From an uncultured Aliarcobacter sp. (lineage in GTDB: Bacteria; Campylobacterota; Campylobacteria; Campylobacterales; Arcobacteraceae), in NCBI GenBank assembly GCA_963677435.1, contig OY781945.1:1344001-1408000 (forward strand): DNA of 64,000 bases. The letters are read 5' to 3'. A program made the translations under genes and the position numbers. Numbering within the stretch: position 1 is the first letter of the stretch; each line of letters opens with the position of its first letter. Below, piece after piece: positions 43,116 to 53,205 of this stretch. The notes under the pieces were generated by a model, which saw only the letters and a list, made by a program, of their open reading frames with translations, was not told the DNA's origin and ran no database searches.

Positions 43116-43894
43116 TATCTAAAAGTCGTCCCACCATCAACAATTAAAGTATGACCTGTAATCCATGATGCATCAGATGTACATAAGAAATAACATGATT
43201 GAGCTAAATCTTGAGGTTGACCTATTCTGTTTAATGGAGAGTATTCAGCAGTTTTTGCTTTTACTTCTTCATAGTTTGTAAATGCTTTAAGTGCATCTGT
43301 GTCAATTGGACCACCAGAAACAGCATTTACTCTAATTCCAAATTCACCTAGTTCATTTGCTGCGTATCTAACCATAGCTTCAACAGCTGCTTTATTTGTT
43401 CCATGACCTGCATAGTTTTCAATGTATACTAAGTTTCCAGTTGAAGACAAAGAAACAATAGCTCCTCCACCAATTTTTTGCATTCTTTTTGCAGCTTGTT
43501 GTGCACCACAAACAAATGCATTTACTGTTGCAGTATAAATATTATTTAAACCTCTTGGTTTTAATTTCATAAATTTACCATAACCACCAACAACAGCACG
43601 ACCGTATATCATAGCATTTGAAATAAAGAAATCAACTCTATCAAAATCTTTATCAATTTCTTCAAATAATTCTTTATATTTTTCTGGTTCTAAGATATTA
43701 AAAGGGTAAGCTTTACATTTTACACCATATTTTTCTTCTACATCTTTACAGATATCTTCTGCAAATTGTTGATTTGAGTTATAAGTAAAAGCTACATCTA
43801 TGCCATTACTTGCAAATTTATAAACGCACTCTTTACCAATTCCCTTAGTTCCACCAGAAATTACTAAAGTTTTCCCTTTCATACTATCAGCCAT
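43115..43894 (-). CDS. Short-chain dehydrogenase (FabL-like enoyl-ACP reductase/7-alpha-HSDH-like)
   Basis: SGGTKGIG, YAGHGTNK and SGGPIDTDAL motifs; usual position after dapA in Campylobacterota. Confidence 0.85.
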   Translation of the reverse strand: MADSMKGKTLVISGGTKGIGKECVYKFASNGIDVAFTYNSNQQFAEDICKDVEEKYGVKCKAYPFNILEPEKYKELFEEIDKDFDRVDFFISNAMIYGRAVVGGYGKFMKLKPRGLNNIYTATVNAFVCGAQQAAKRMQKIGGGAIVSLSSTGNLVYIENYAGHGTNKAAVEAMVRYAANELGEFGIRVNAVSGGPIDTDALKAFTNYEEVKAKTAEYSPLNRIGQPQDLAQSCYFLCTSDASWITGHTLIVDGGTTFR

Positions 43895-44781
43895 TATTTT
43901 ATTACCTCATATTTTTCTAAAGTTTTTTCTAATTTTTTCATTGTTTCACTACTTGGAGAAACTAATGGAAGTCTATATTCTAAAGTATCAAGTAAACCAG
44001 CTAAATACATAGCAGCTTTAATTGGAATAGGATTACTTTCACAGAATAATACAGAATTTAAAGCATATAAATCTTCATTTATTTGTCTAGCTTTTTCAAA
44101 ATCACCTTCAAAAACACTATTTACTAATTGTGATTTTAAATTAGGAAGAAGATTTGCTGTTACAGAGATTATACCTTTTGCTCCACTTGCTAACATGGGG
44201 AAATCAATAGCATCATCACCTGAAAATACAAGAAGATCTTTTCTTTGTGAAATTAAACTAATAGCTCTCTCTAAAGAACCTGTTGCTTCTTTAATTGCAT
44301 ATACATTTTTTACATCATCAAAAAGTCTAATAGCTGTATTTGCTTCTAAATCAACAGATGTTCTTCCTGGAACATTATAAAGTACAAAAGGAATATCTAC
44401 TGAATTAGCAATTGCTTTAAAATGTTGATATAAACCCTCTTGAGTTGGTTTATTGTAATATGGAGTTATAGATAATATTCCATCTGCTCCAACATCTTGA
44501 GCATGTTTTGCTAATTCACAAGCTTCATTTGTTGCATTTGAACCTGCACCTGCAATTACTTTAGTATTTGAACCTTTACAAGCAGCAACAGCAACTTCTA
44601 TACACTCTTTATGTTCATTAAAAGAAAGTGTAGCACTCTCACCTGTAGTTCCAACAGGAACAACTGCATTTATACCTTGTGCAATTTGTCTTTTAATTAA
44701 AGACTCAAATTTAACTAAATCAACTTTTCCATTTCTAAATGGCGTTACAAGTGCGGTCATTGAACCGGTAATAATTTCCAT
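43894..44781 (-). CDS. dapA: 4-hydroxy-tetrahydrodipicolinate synthase
   Basis: GTTGES, PYYNKP, LYNVPGRT and IKEA motifs. Confidence 0.97.
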   Translation of the reverse strand: MEIITGSMTALVTPFRNGKVDLVKFESLIKRQIAQGINAVVPVGTTGESATLSFNEHKECIEVAVAACKGSNTKVIAGAGSNATNEACELAKHAQDVGADGILSITPYYNKPTQEGLYQHFKAIANSVDIPFVLYNVPGRTSVDLEANTAIRLFDDVKNVYAIKEATGSLERAISLISQRKDLLVFSGDDAIDFPMLASGAKGIISVTANLLPNLKSQLVNSVFEGDFEKARQINEDLYALNSVLFCESNPIPIKAAMYLAGLLDTLEYRLPLVSPSSETMKKLEKTLEKYEVIK

Positions 44782-44788
44782 GTCTTTT

Positions 44789-45256
44789 CTATCCTTTACT
44801 TACTACTAAATCTTCTAATTCTAATCTCTCATTTACATTTACTGTATGCTTTGAAAAAGTTTCAAGAAAGTTCCAAAAACTTTGTTTTGCATCTTCTGAG
44901 ATATCAACTTTTCTTAAAACTTCTTCCATACAACCAAGCCATTCTCTTCTTGCTTTTTCAGTAATTGAGAATTTTTCATGTGTTTTTAACATATCAAAAT
45001 GTCCAACAGCTTTTGTGTAATGTTTCTCTCCACCACAAGCTTCAATAAAAAACTTCACATTATGAGCTTTTATTTTTTCTAATTCTTCTTCATTTTGTGG
45101 AAAAAAATTTCCAATATCACTATCAACAACTAAATCGTAAAAATCACTAAATAGTTTTTTTAATCTATCTTCACCCATCTCATCTAAAAAAAGTGAAATG
45201 GGATATTCAAAATCAGGTTTTTCTCCAAATTTTGTTTTGCTAATAGAGTAATCCAT
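44789..45256 (-). CDS. Truncated haemoglobin (group II/trHbO-like)
   Basis: FY (B9/B10), GG..Y...GH, proximal His in KTHEKF, G8 Trp in EWLGCM. Confidence 0.8.
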   Translation of the reverse strand: MDYSISKTKFGEKPDFEYPISLFLDEMGEDRLKKLFSDFYDLVVDSDIGNFFPQNEEELEKIKAHNVKFFIEACGGEKHYTKAVGHFDMLKTHEKFSITEKARREWLGCMEEVLRKVDISEDAKQSFWNFLETFSKHTVNVNERLELEDLVVSKG

Positions 45257-46600
45257 CTATTTATCTTCCTGCTTTAAAATAACTGTTGTAGAGTTATTTT
45301 TTGTCAAGTATTTTTTTGCAACATTAATTAAATCGTCTTTAGTTAGTTTATCTACATTTTTCTCATAATCTAAAAGAGGTTTTATATTGTCTCTTACAAA
45401 GTAAGAACCATATAAAGAAGCAACTTCCGTTGAACTTTCAAGTGAAAAGATAAAATCAGCTTTTGTATTTATCTTAATTTTGTCAATATCTTTTTGAGAA
45501 ATATTACCTTTTTGGATTTGCGCAATTGTATCTAAAATTTCTTTTTCAATTTCTTTAGCATCAACACCTTCATTTGCAACAGCCATAAACATGAATATTC
45601 CTGGGTCTTTTAATTCCATGTTATAAGCATATACTGAGTTAGCTAATCTTTTTTCATCAATGAGTTTTTTTTGTAAAATAGAACTTTTACCACTACTTAA
45701 AAATTCACTAAGAGCTGATAGTGCAACTTGATCTTCGTGCTCGAAATTTGGTATATGATAAGTTATTGCAATCATTTGAACAGCAGATTCTCTATTTATT
45801 ACTACTCTTTTTTCTCCATCTTGAACTGGTTCAACTGTATGAAGTTTTGATGGAATCTCTTTTGTATTTTTAATATTTTTAAAATGATTTTCAACAGATG
45901 CAAAAACATCTTTTTCATCAATATCACCAGCAACAACTACAATTGCATTTTTTGGTTGATAATAAGTACTATGAAAATCTCTAATGTCAGTGATTGTCCA
46001 GTTTTGAATATCACTCATAAATCCAATTGGAGTCCAATGATATGGATGGTAAATATAAGCATTGTTAAAAAGTCTAAATTGTAAATATCCCATTGGATTA
46101 TTATCTGTTCTCCATCTTCTCTCTTCTGCTACAACATCTCGTTCTGGTTGAAACTCTTCATCTTTTAGGGTTAAGTTCTCCATTAAATCTGCAAATAATC
46201 CTAATGATCTATCCATGTTTTTTGAAGCTGATTTTATATAATAATGAGTGTAGTCAAATGATGTAGAGGCATTATTCATACCACCAAAACCTTTTACTAT
46301 TTCATCAAATTCTCCAGCTTTTAAGTTTTTTGTAGATTTGAAATTTAAATGTTCTAACATATGAGCAATTCCACTTTTACCCATTTTTTCATCTCTACTT
46401 CCAACTTTATAAAAAATATCAGTTGATATAACACCTGAATTATTTTTCATTGGAATTGCAACTATTTCTAAACCATTTTCTAAAGTTTTTGTATAATATT
46501 TTGGTAAACTGCTACTCATTAATTCTCCCGAAATTGTAATTAATAATAAAAATTGAATAATGAATATCTTAATTAAATTACTGTTTGTTGTTGTATTCAT
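45257..46600 (-). CDS. M16 family zinc peptidase
   Basis: Inverted zinc motif HMLEH, NASTSFD and ERDVVAEER. Confidence 0.92.
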   Translation of the reverse strand: MNTTTNSNLIKIFIIQFLLLITISGELMSSSLPKYYTKTLENGLEIVAIPMKNNSGVISTDIFYKVGSRDEKMGKSGIAHMLEHLNFKSTKNLKAGEFDEIVKGFGGMNNASTSFDYTHYYIKSASKNMDRSLGLFADLMENLTLKDEEFQPERDVVAEERRWRTDNNPMGYLQFRLFNNAYIYHPYHWTPIGFMSDIQNWTITDIRDFHSTYYQPKNAIVVVAGDIDEKDVFASVENHFKNIKNTKEIPSKLHTVEPVQDGEKRVVINRESAVQMIAITYHIPNFEHEDQVALSALSEFLSSGKSSILQKKLIDEKRLANSVYAYNMELKDPGIFMFMAVANEGVDAKEIEKEILDTIAQIQKGNISQKDIDKIKINTKADFIFSLESSTEVASLYGSYFVRDNIKPLLDYEKNVDKLTKDDLINVAKKYLTKNNSTTVILKQEDK

Positions 46601-46612
46601 TATCTGTTCCTT

Positions 46613-47671
46613 TTATTTTAAATTAGCTCCAATGGCTTGTGAAATATTTTCATATCCATCTTTTGCCATTAGCTCTAATATCTCTTCATTTATTTTTTTC
46701 ACCATTGATGGTCCCTCAAAAATCATTCCTGAATATGATTGTACAAGATTTGCACCATCTTTGATTCTTTCATAAGCTTGTGCACCTGTTGCAATTCCAC
46801 CAACAGAGATTAAAACTGTTTTCCCAAATAATTCTTTTGCTAACTCTTTAAATAAACTAGCAGATTTTTGCGTCAAACAAGCTCCTGAAAGTCCACCAAA
46901 ATTTTGACAATTTGGTACTAGCGTATAATCAATTGTAGTATTAGTTGCAATTATCCCAGCAGCTCCTGCATTTATTGCACTATTACATAAATCAATTGCC
47001 ATACTAGCTTCCATATCAGGGGCAATTTTTAGTAATATTGGTTTTGAAGTTAATTCTTTTGCCATTGTAAAAAGTTCTGTTATGAACTTTTCATTTTGTA
47101 AATCTCTCAAATTTGGAGTGTTTGGACTTGAAATATTTATTACTAAATAATCACTATTTGCTTCAAATTTTTTAATTAAACTTTTATAATCACTTAGGGC
47201 AAACTCTTCAGGTGTTGTTTTGTTTTTTCCTATATTTGCGCCAACTGGTATATTAAATGGATAAACTTTCTTTAAGTTTTTTAAAACTTCATGTGCACCT
47301 TTATTATTAAATCCCATTGCATTTTGAACTGATTTTTGTTCTGGATATCTAAACATTCTAGGTTTTGGATTTCCATCTTGAGGTTTTAAAGTCATTGTAC
47401 CAATTTCGGTAAATCCAAAGCCTAAAGATTTCATAGATTTAATCATTGTTGCATTTTTATCAAAACCAGCAGCAAGTCCAACTGGATTTTCAAATTTTAC
47501 ACCAAAAATTTCTTGAGTTAATTTAGGATTTGATATATAGTTTTTATTTTCCATATAATTTTTCATAATAGAAAAGTTTCCTAAAACTCTTAAACCAATT
47601 TCTGCAATATTGTGTGCAGTTTCTGGTTCAAACTTAAATAAGATTTTCTTCAGTGTTTCATAACTAATCAA
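46613..47671 (-). CDS. pyrD: Quinone-dependent dihydroorotate dehydrogenase
   Basis: GLAAGFDK, NISSPNTP, KIAPD and GGLSG motifs. Confidence 0.96.
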   Translation of the reverse strand: MISYETLKKILFKFEPETAHNIAEIGLRVLGNFSIMKNYMENKNYISNPKLTQEIFGVKFENPVGLAAGFDKNATMIKSMKSLGFGFTEIGTMTLKPQDGNPKPRMFRYPEQKSVQNAMGFNNKGAHEVLKNLKKVYPFNIPVGANIGKNKTTPEEFALSDYKSLIKKFEANSDYLVINISSPNTPNLRDLQNEKFITELFTMAKELTSKPILLKIAPDMEASMAIDLCNSAINAGAAGIIATNTTIDYTLVPNCQNFGGLSGACLTQKSASLFKELAKELFGKTVLISVGGIATGAQAYERIKDGANLVQSYSGMIFEGPSMVKKINEEILELMAKDGYENISQAIGANLK

Positions 47672-47754
47672 AGTTTATCCCTTTTTTTAAATTATTGCAT
47701 TTTATCTAAAATTCATTAAATATTGGTTTTAATGATTTTTTTAATATTTTATTA

Positions 47755-49464
47755 TTACATATTTGCAAGATTATATAATCTTTGATACTCTTTACAAGAC
47801 TCCAAAAGTTCTTTTTCACTTCCCATTCCAATTATTTCGCCATCTTTGAAAACAGCAATTTTATTTGCATTTTTAATTGTACTTAGTCTATGAGCTATGA
47901 TAAAAGTTATTTTATTTTTGCTAACTTCTTGAATAACTTCACTAATAATTGATTCACTTTCGTTATCTAAAGCAGATGTTGCTTCATCTAAAATTAGTAT
48001 TTGTGGATTTTTATATAAAGCTCTTGCAATGGCAATTCTTTGTCTTTGTCCTCCACTTAAGTTTGTTCCAAATTCATCTAAAATTGTATTTACACCCTTT
48101 TTCATTTTCATTACAAAATCATAAGCGTGGGCTTGTTTTAAAACTTCGATAACTCTTATTTCATCTATTTCATAACCATAAGCTACATTTGAAGCTATTG
48201 TATCGTTAAAAATATAAACCCTTTGAGTTACTATTGAGATATTTTCTCTTAAAGATTTCATCTTAAAATCTTTAATAGAAGTGTTATTTAATAAAATTTC
48301 ACCACTTGTTGTATCATAAAATCTGATAATCAAATTAATTAAAGAAGATTTTCCACCACCACTATCCCCAACAAGCGCAATTGTTTCACCTATTTTTGCT
48401 TCTAAATTGATATTTTTTAAAGCTATAAAATCATCATATTTTAATAAAACATCTTTGAAACTTATAGTTTGAATATTTGAGGGGAAAATTAATTCTCCTG
48501 ATATTATGGCTGGTTTTTGAGCAAACATATCATTAATTCTTTCATTAGCAGCTAGTGCATCTTGCATACTATTATAAAGAGAAGATAATCTTTTAATTGG
48601 TGTATATAACATAAATAGTGCTGCAATAAATGAACTAAAAGTTCCTGTTGAAAGCTCTCCTGAAATTACCTTTGAACCACCAACAACAACAACTGCTGCG
48701 AAGGCAAGTGAACCTATAATTTCCATCAATGGTGAAGTTAAACCATTTGTTTTTAAAGCTTTCATATTATATTTGAAAAAAATCATATTATGAATTGAAA
48801 ATTTAGTTGCTTCTATTTTTTCACTTGAATTTGCTTTAATTATCTCTATATTATTAAATGACTCACTAAGACTTGTAGTGATATTTGAGTTACTTTCTTG
48901 TGATTTAAATGATAATCTTTTCATTCTTTTTGCAAGTTTTGATAAAGGTAAAATAGCAAGTGGTAATACAATTAATCCATAAAATGCAAGTTCAGGTGAG
49001 TGATAAATTACTAATCCAACTAATCCAACAATTGTCAAAGATTCTCTAATAAATTCAGCAACACTATTTGAAATAGCTCTTTGAATTCTATTTATATCAT
49101 TTGTAATTCTACTTACAAGTTCACCGCCATGTTTTTTTTGAAAGAAATCCATATCAAGTGTTAAAATATGAGAAAAAAGTTTATCCCTTACAATTCTAGT
49201 AATATCTTGACCTATGTAAGAGATGTAATAAGCTTGAATATATCCACCAAAACCTTTTGCAGTATAAAGTGCGATTATTATAAAAGGCATAATATGAAGC
49301 ATTTTTTCATCTTTGTTAATAAAAATATCATCAAGTAGAGGCTGAATTGCATAGGCAGTTCCAGAAGTTGCTGCTGAAACTAAAATAATTCCTATAAAAG
49401 AATAAAAAAAGTATAAAATATAGTTTTTATAATAGGGTGCATATTGTTTAAAAAAATCTCTCAT
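47755..49464 (-). CDS. msbA: Lipid A export ABC transporter
   Basis: TM domain plus NBD (GDSGGGKS, LSGGQRQR, LDEATSALD); upstream of pyrD as in Campylobacter. Confidence 0.85.
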   Translation of the reverse strand: MRDFFKQYAPYYKNYILYFFYSFIGIILVSAATSGTAYAIQPLLDDIFINKDEKMLHIMPFIIIALYTAKGFGGYIQAYYISYIGQDITRIVRDKLFSHILTLDMDFFQKKHGGELVSRITNDINRIQRAISNSVAEFIRESLTIVGLVGLVIYHSPELAFYGLIVLPLAILPLSKLAKRMKRLSFKSQESNSNITTSLSESFNNIEIIKANSSEKIEATKFSIHNMIFFKYNMKALKTNGLTSPLMEIIGSLAFAAVVVVGGSKVISGELSTGTFSSFIAALFMLYTPIKRLSSLYNSMQDALAANERINDMFAQKPAIISGELIFPSNIQTISFKDVLLKYDDFIALKNINLEAKIGETIALVGDSGGGKSSLINLIIRFYDTTSGEILLNNTSIKDFKMKSLRENISIVTQRVYIFNDTIASNVAYGYEIDEIRVIEVLKQAHAYDFVMKMKKGVNTILDEFGTNLSGGQRQRIAIARALYKNPQILILDEATSALDNESESIISEVIQEVSKNKITFIIAHRLSTIKNANKIAVFKDGEIIGMGSEKELLESCKEYQRLYNLANM

Positions 49465-49553
49465 TAATAATCCTAAATATTTAAATAAAGCCTAGATTAT
49501 AGCTAAATCTTACTAAATATAGCCAAATTGAGAATATATAATAAAAACTATAA

Positions 49554-50858
49554 TTAAGACTTAGAAAACATAATTATAAATTTTTTAAATCCAAAAGCTT
49601 TTATTGTTAAAATAAATAACACAAATCCTCCAATAGTTCCTGCAAAGGCAAGACCTGCTGCTCCAAATGGTTTTATTAAAATTAATGAAAATATGATATT
49701 GCAAGTCAAACTATACATTGATATTTTTGCAGTTAAAAATTGTTGTTCTTTTGCATACAACCAAAGTGAAAAAATCTTTGCAAGACCAAAAGGTAAAAGT
49801 CCTATTAAATACATTACTAGAATAAAAGCAGTGTTTTGAGTATCACTACTTGTAAATTGACCCCTTTCAAAAAGAAGTTTTATGATGAACTCATTAAAAA
49901 CAATTCCGATAAAAGTAGAAACTGATAAAAGTGCAAATAAAATCAAAGCTGATTTTTTCATTAATCTTAAAGCTTTATCTTCATCTTTATTTTTTATTGC
50001 CTTTGCCACCATTGGAAATAGTGCAATTGATGTGGCAATTGCAAATATTGCTAGAGGAAGTTGGAAAATTCTATTTGCATAATATAAATAAGAGATTGAA
50101 CCACTTATTAAAAAAGAAGCTAACCAAGTGTCTATAAAAGCTGAAATATGTAGTGTTGAAGAACCAAAAGTTGCTGAGAAGAAATTTTTATAAAATTTAC
50201 TCTCTTCTTTTTTTTCATGTTTTTTGAAGTGAAATATTTTGCATAAACCATGTTTTCTAATAGAGTATAAGTGTGCTAAAATTTGTAAAATTCCACCTAC
50301 AAGGACTCCATAAGATAGATAAAATGTAATTTCATATTTATCTAAATTTTTTGAAATTAAAAGTGAAATAATCATTGCAATATTTAAAAGTGCTGTTGAA
50401 TAAGCTGTTGTTGCAAAATGATGTTTGTATTGTAAAAGTGCTGCCATAAAGGTTACTGCAAATATTATTGGTAAATAGTAAAAATTTATCGCAAATAATG
50501 GTGCTGCTAAATCAATCGTTTTTTCATCAAATCCAATAGCAATTGCTTTTGCAACCATATGAGAAAAAAATGTAACAAACAAAGATAAAATAATTAAAAA
50601 TCCAAATAGTTGCAAAAATACAACTGAAGAGAATCTAATTTTATGTTTTGATTTTGCATAAGATGGTATAAATGCTTGAGTAAAAGCTCCATCTGCAAAT
50701 ACACTTCTAAATAGATTTGGTAGTTTAAAAGCTACAAAAAATATATCTGAATAGATATTTGCACCCAAAATTGAGGCTGTTAATAAGTCTCTTATAAAAC
50801 CTAAAACCCTTGAAACTAAAATTCCAGAGCTATTTGTGAAAATTGATTTGAGTAACAT
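49554..50858 (-). CDS. murJ: Lipid II flippase
   Basis: SRVLGFIRD, FKLPNLFR and YYANRIFQLP motifs. Confidence 0.93.
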   Translation of the reverse strand: MLLKSIFTNSSGILVSRVLGFIRDLLTASILGANIYSDIFFVAFKLPNLFRSVFADGAFTQAFIPSYAKSKHKIRFSSVVFLQLFGFLIILSLFVTFFSHMVAKAIAIGFDEKTIDLAAPLFAINFYYLPIIFAVTFMAALLQYKHHFATTAYSTALLNIAMIISLLISKNLDKYEITFYLSYGVLVGGILQILAHLYSIRKHGLCKIFHFKKHEKKEESKFYKNFFSATFGSSTLHISAFIDTWLASFLISGSISYLYYANRIFQLPLAIFAIATSIALFPMVAKAIKNKDEDKALRLMKKSALILFALLSVSTFIGIVFNEFIIKLLFERGQFTSSDTQNTAFILVMYLIGLLPFGLAKIFSLWLYAKEQQFLTAKISMYSLTCNIIFSLILIKPFGAAGLAFAGTIGGFVLFILTIKAFGFKKFIIMFSKS

Positions 50859-52441
50859 TATAATCCTATTTTTAAATCAGATGGTTGGTAAATAATTACT
50901 TGCATATTACCTTTGTAAGAAGCTATTTGACCAGTTAAGATAGTAATTGTTTCACCATTTTTTGGTAATAGATTTCTTTTGTTTGAATATATTTTTATAT
51001 ATTTATCATCTGATAAATATAATTTTGAATTTCTAATAATACCTTTTAGATTTGTTACAATTTCATTTTCATATTTAAAATCAAAAATATCAATATCTTT
51101 TGCATCTAAATATAAAGATTTATAATTGTCGACTTTTTCTAACTCATCCAAAATTGCAAAATCTTTTATCTCTTTTAATCCATTAAAATTAAAAATTTGA
51201 TTAATTTGAAGATTGTATGAATATCCTAATTTCAACTCTTTTGCTTTTGAATAAATGAAAATTGCTTTGTCGTCTTCTCTTTTTATTATTGCTTTATCAT
51301 CATCTTTGTAAATAACAATAGCATCTTGTAAAAACACATCTTTTACTAATTTTTCTTTTTGATATAAATCAGAAATTGTTGCTTCTTCTTTCTCTTTTTG
51401 TTCTTTTTCTAAATTTTTTAAAGAATTAGTATCTTTTTTATCAACAGAGAATTTTGCATAAATTGGAAGATGATCTGAATATCCTTCTCCTAAATGTCTT
51501 TTATTAAATTTCCCTGGTGTCATTTGCCATCTATTTACAACATTATTTTCAAATAAATAAGATGGTTTAAATACATTAAATGATTTAGGGATATATGATA
51601 TTTTTTTTATGTCAAATAGAGCAGGGGGAATTATAATATCATCAGGAGTGCTACTTTCATTTCTAAATTTACTAGAGAATCTTTCATTTGAAGGTAAGTC
51701 TAACCATAAATTATAATGAACTCTTTTTTCATTGTTTAAAATATCATCATAGGTTACAAATTGATTATCTATTGTTGTGTTTAAAATTTGATTAATTCCT
51801 GTGATTCCTGAAGTATTATTTAGTTTTTGATTTGTTCTAAAAGTTTGCATTTCATTGTAATTAGAGTTAAAATCACCTATTAAAATATAATCATAATCTT
51901 TTGGAAGAGTAGAGATTCTTTCTTGCAGGTTTTTTGCATATTTTATTCTATAGCTTTCTCCTACAGCTTTTGACGGCCAGTGATTATTAAAAACTTTAAA
52001 TTCAACATTATCATATATAAATGTACTTTCAAGAATAGGCCTAAAAAGTTTTGTTCTAAATTTTACATCTAAGTATCTATTATTTTTGATTTTAATTTTT
52101 GATAAGAATCCAAGTCCGATTGCAGAATCGGGGTATTTAATAAAAGAGTAATAGTTATAATTTGGGAGTTTTTTTACAAGTAGTTGCATTAATTCTCTAT
52201 TTTCTATCTCTTGTAAAGCTATAATATCTGCATCTAAATCTTTTAAAACTTTTACTACATTATCTATTTTTATATTGAAATTTCTTTGGTTCCATTGTGA
52301 AGCTGTATTTGGTATAAATTCACTATATTCACTATTGTCATCTTTTAAATCAAAGAGATTTTCAACATTGTAAGAGGCAATTTTAAAATTATTAGCATTT
52401 AATGTAATTGTAAATATGAATAATAAGAGAAATTTAAACAA
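50858..52441 (-). CDS. Secreted endonuclease/exonuclease/phosphatase family protein
   Basis: Signal peptide; SYNVENLFD, LQEIE, NHWPSK, GDFN and SDHLP motifs. Confidence 0.88.
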   Translation of the reverse strand: MFKFLLLFIFTITLNANNFKIASYNVENLFDLKDDNSEYSEFIPNTASQWNQRNFNIKIDNVVKVLKDLDADIIALQEIENRELMQLLVKKLPNYNYYSFIKYPDSAIGLGFLSKIKIKNNRYLDVKFRTKLFRPILESTFIYDNVEFKVFNNHWPSKAVGESYRIKYAKNLQERISTLPKDYDYILIGDFNSNYNEMQTFRTNQKLNNTSGITGINQILNTTIDNQFVTYDDILNNEKRVHYNLWLDLPSNERFSSKFRNESSTPDDIIIPPALFDIKKISYIPKSFNVFKPSYLFENNVVNRWQMTPGKFNKRHLGEGYSDHLPIYAKFSVDKKDTNSLKNLEKEQKEKEEATISDLYQKEKLVKDVFLQDAIVIYKDDDKAIIKREDDKAIFIYSKAKELKLGYSYNLQINQIFNFNGLKEIKDFAILDELEKVDNYKSLYLDAKDIDIFDFKYENEIVTNLKGIIRNSKLYLSDDKYIKIYSNKRNLLPKNGETITILTGQIASYKGNMQVIIYQPSDLKIGL

Positions 52442-52502
52442 AGAGTTATCTCCGATAATTTTTTTGTAATATTATCGAAGATATTATTTTTTAGAGGTTA
52501 AA

Positions 52503-53153
52503 CTATTTTTTAGAGTTTAATCTTGATTGGTATTCTTGAGGATGTTTACAAACAGGACAAACTTTTAGAGCTTTTTTACCTCTATGAACATGTCCACATA
52601 CTTCACAAATCCACTCTTCTTCCTCATCACTTACAAATTCTTTATCAGAATCAAGTCTATCTTTTAACATTTTATACATATTTTCATGTTCGATTTCGAT
52701 TTTACCAATCATATCAAGCATTCTTGCAATTTCAGAATGACCTTCTTCTTTTGCAATTTTTGAAAAATCAGGATACATTGTTGTGTTTTCATAAGATTCG
52801 CCATCAATTGCATATTGAAGATTTTCACTTGTATTTCCAAACTCTTTGTCGTAATTTAAAACATTATAAGCTTTTAATTCGAGTTTAGCATGCATTTTTT
52901 CATTATTTGCAGCTCTTTGGAAATGTTCAGCAATATCTCTATATCCCTCTTTTTGAGCAATTTTTGCAAAATATTCATATTTATTTCTAGCCATTGACTC
53001 ACCAGCAAAAGCTTTCATTAATACAACAGAAGTTAAATCTTTTGTTATACACTCCATCTCTTGACCACAGCAGTGAAGTTTTCCACCACCTACATGTGAT
53101 ATTTCAACTGTATTCCCACAAACATTACATTTATAACTCTCGTGTTGTTTCAT
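52503..53153 (-). CDS. rbr: Desulforubrerythrin (desulforedoxin domain, diiron domain, rubredoxin domain), copy 2
   Basis: CxxCG...CCG N-terminus, AFAGES, EKMH, EIEH, C-terminal CEVC/CPVC. Confidence 0.9.
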   Translation of the reverse strand: MKQHESYKCNVCGNTVEISHVGGGKLHCCGQEMECITKDLTSVVLMKAFAGESMARNKYEYFAKIAQKEGYRDIAEHFQRAANNEKMHAKLELKAYNVLNYDKEFGNTSENLQYAIDGESYENTTMYPDFSKIAKEEGHSEIARMLDMIGKIEIEHENMYKMLKDRLDSDKEFVSDEEEEWICEVCGHVHRGKKALKVCPVCKHPQEYQSRLNSKK

Positions 53154-53205
53154 TATTTACTCCTACATAAATTTAGATTGCTAAGATTGTAACATATTTT
53201 GATTA

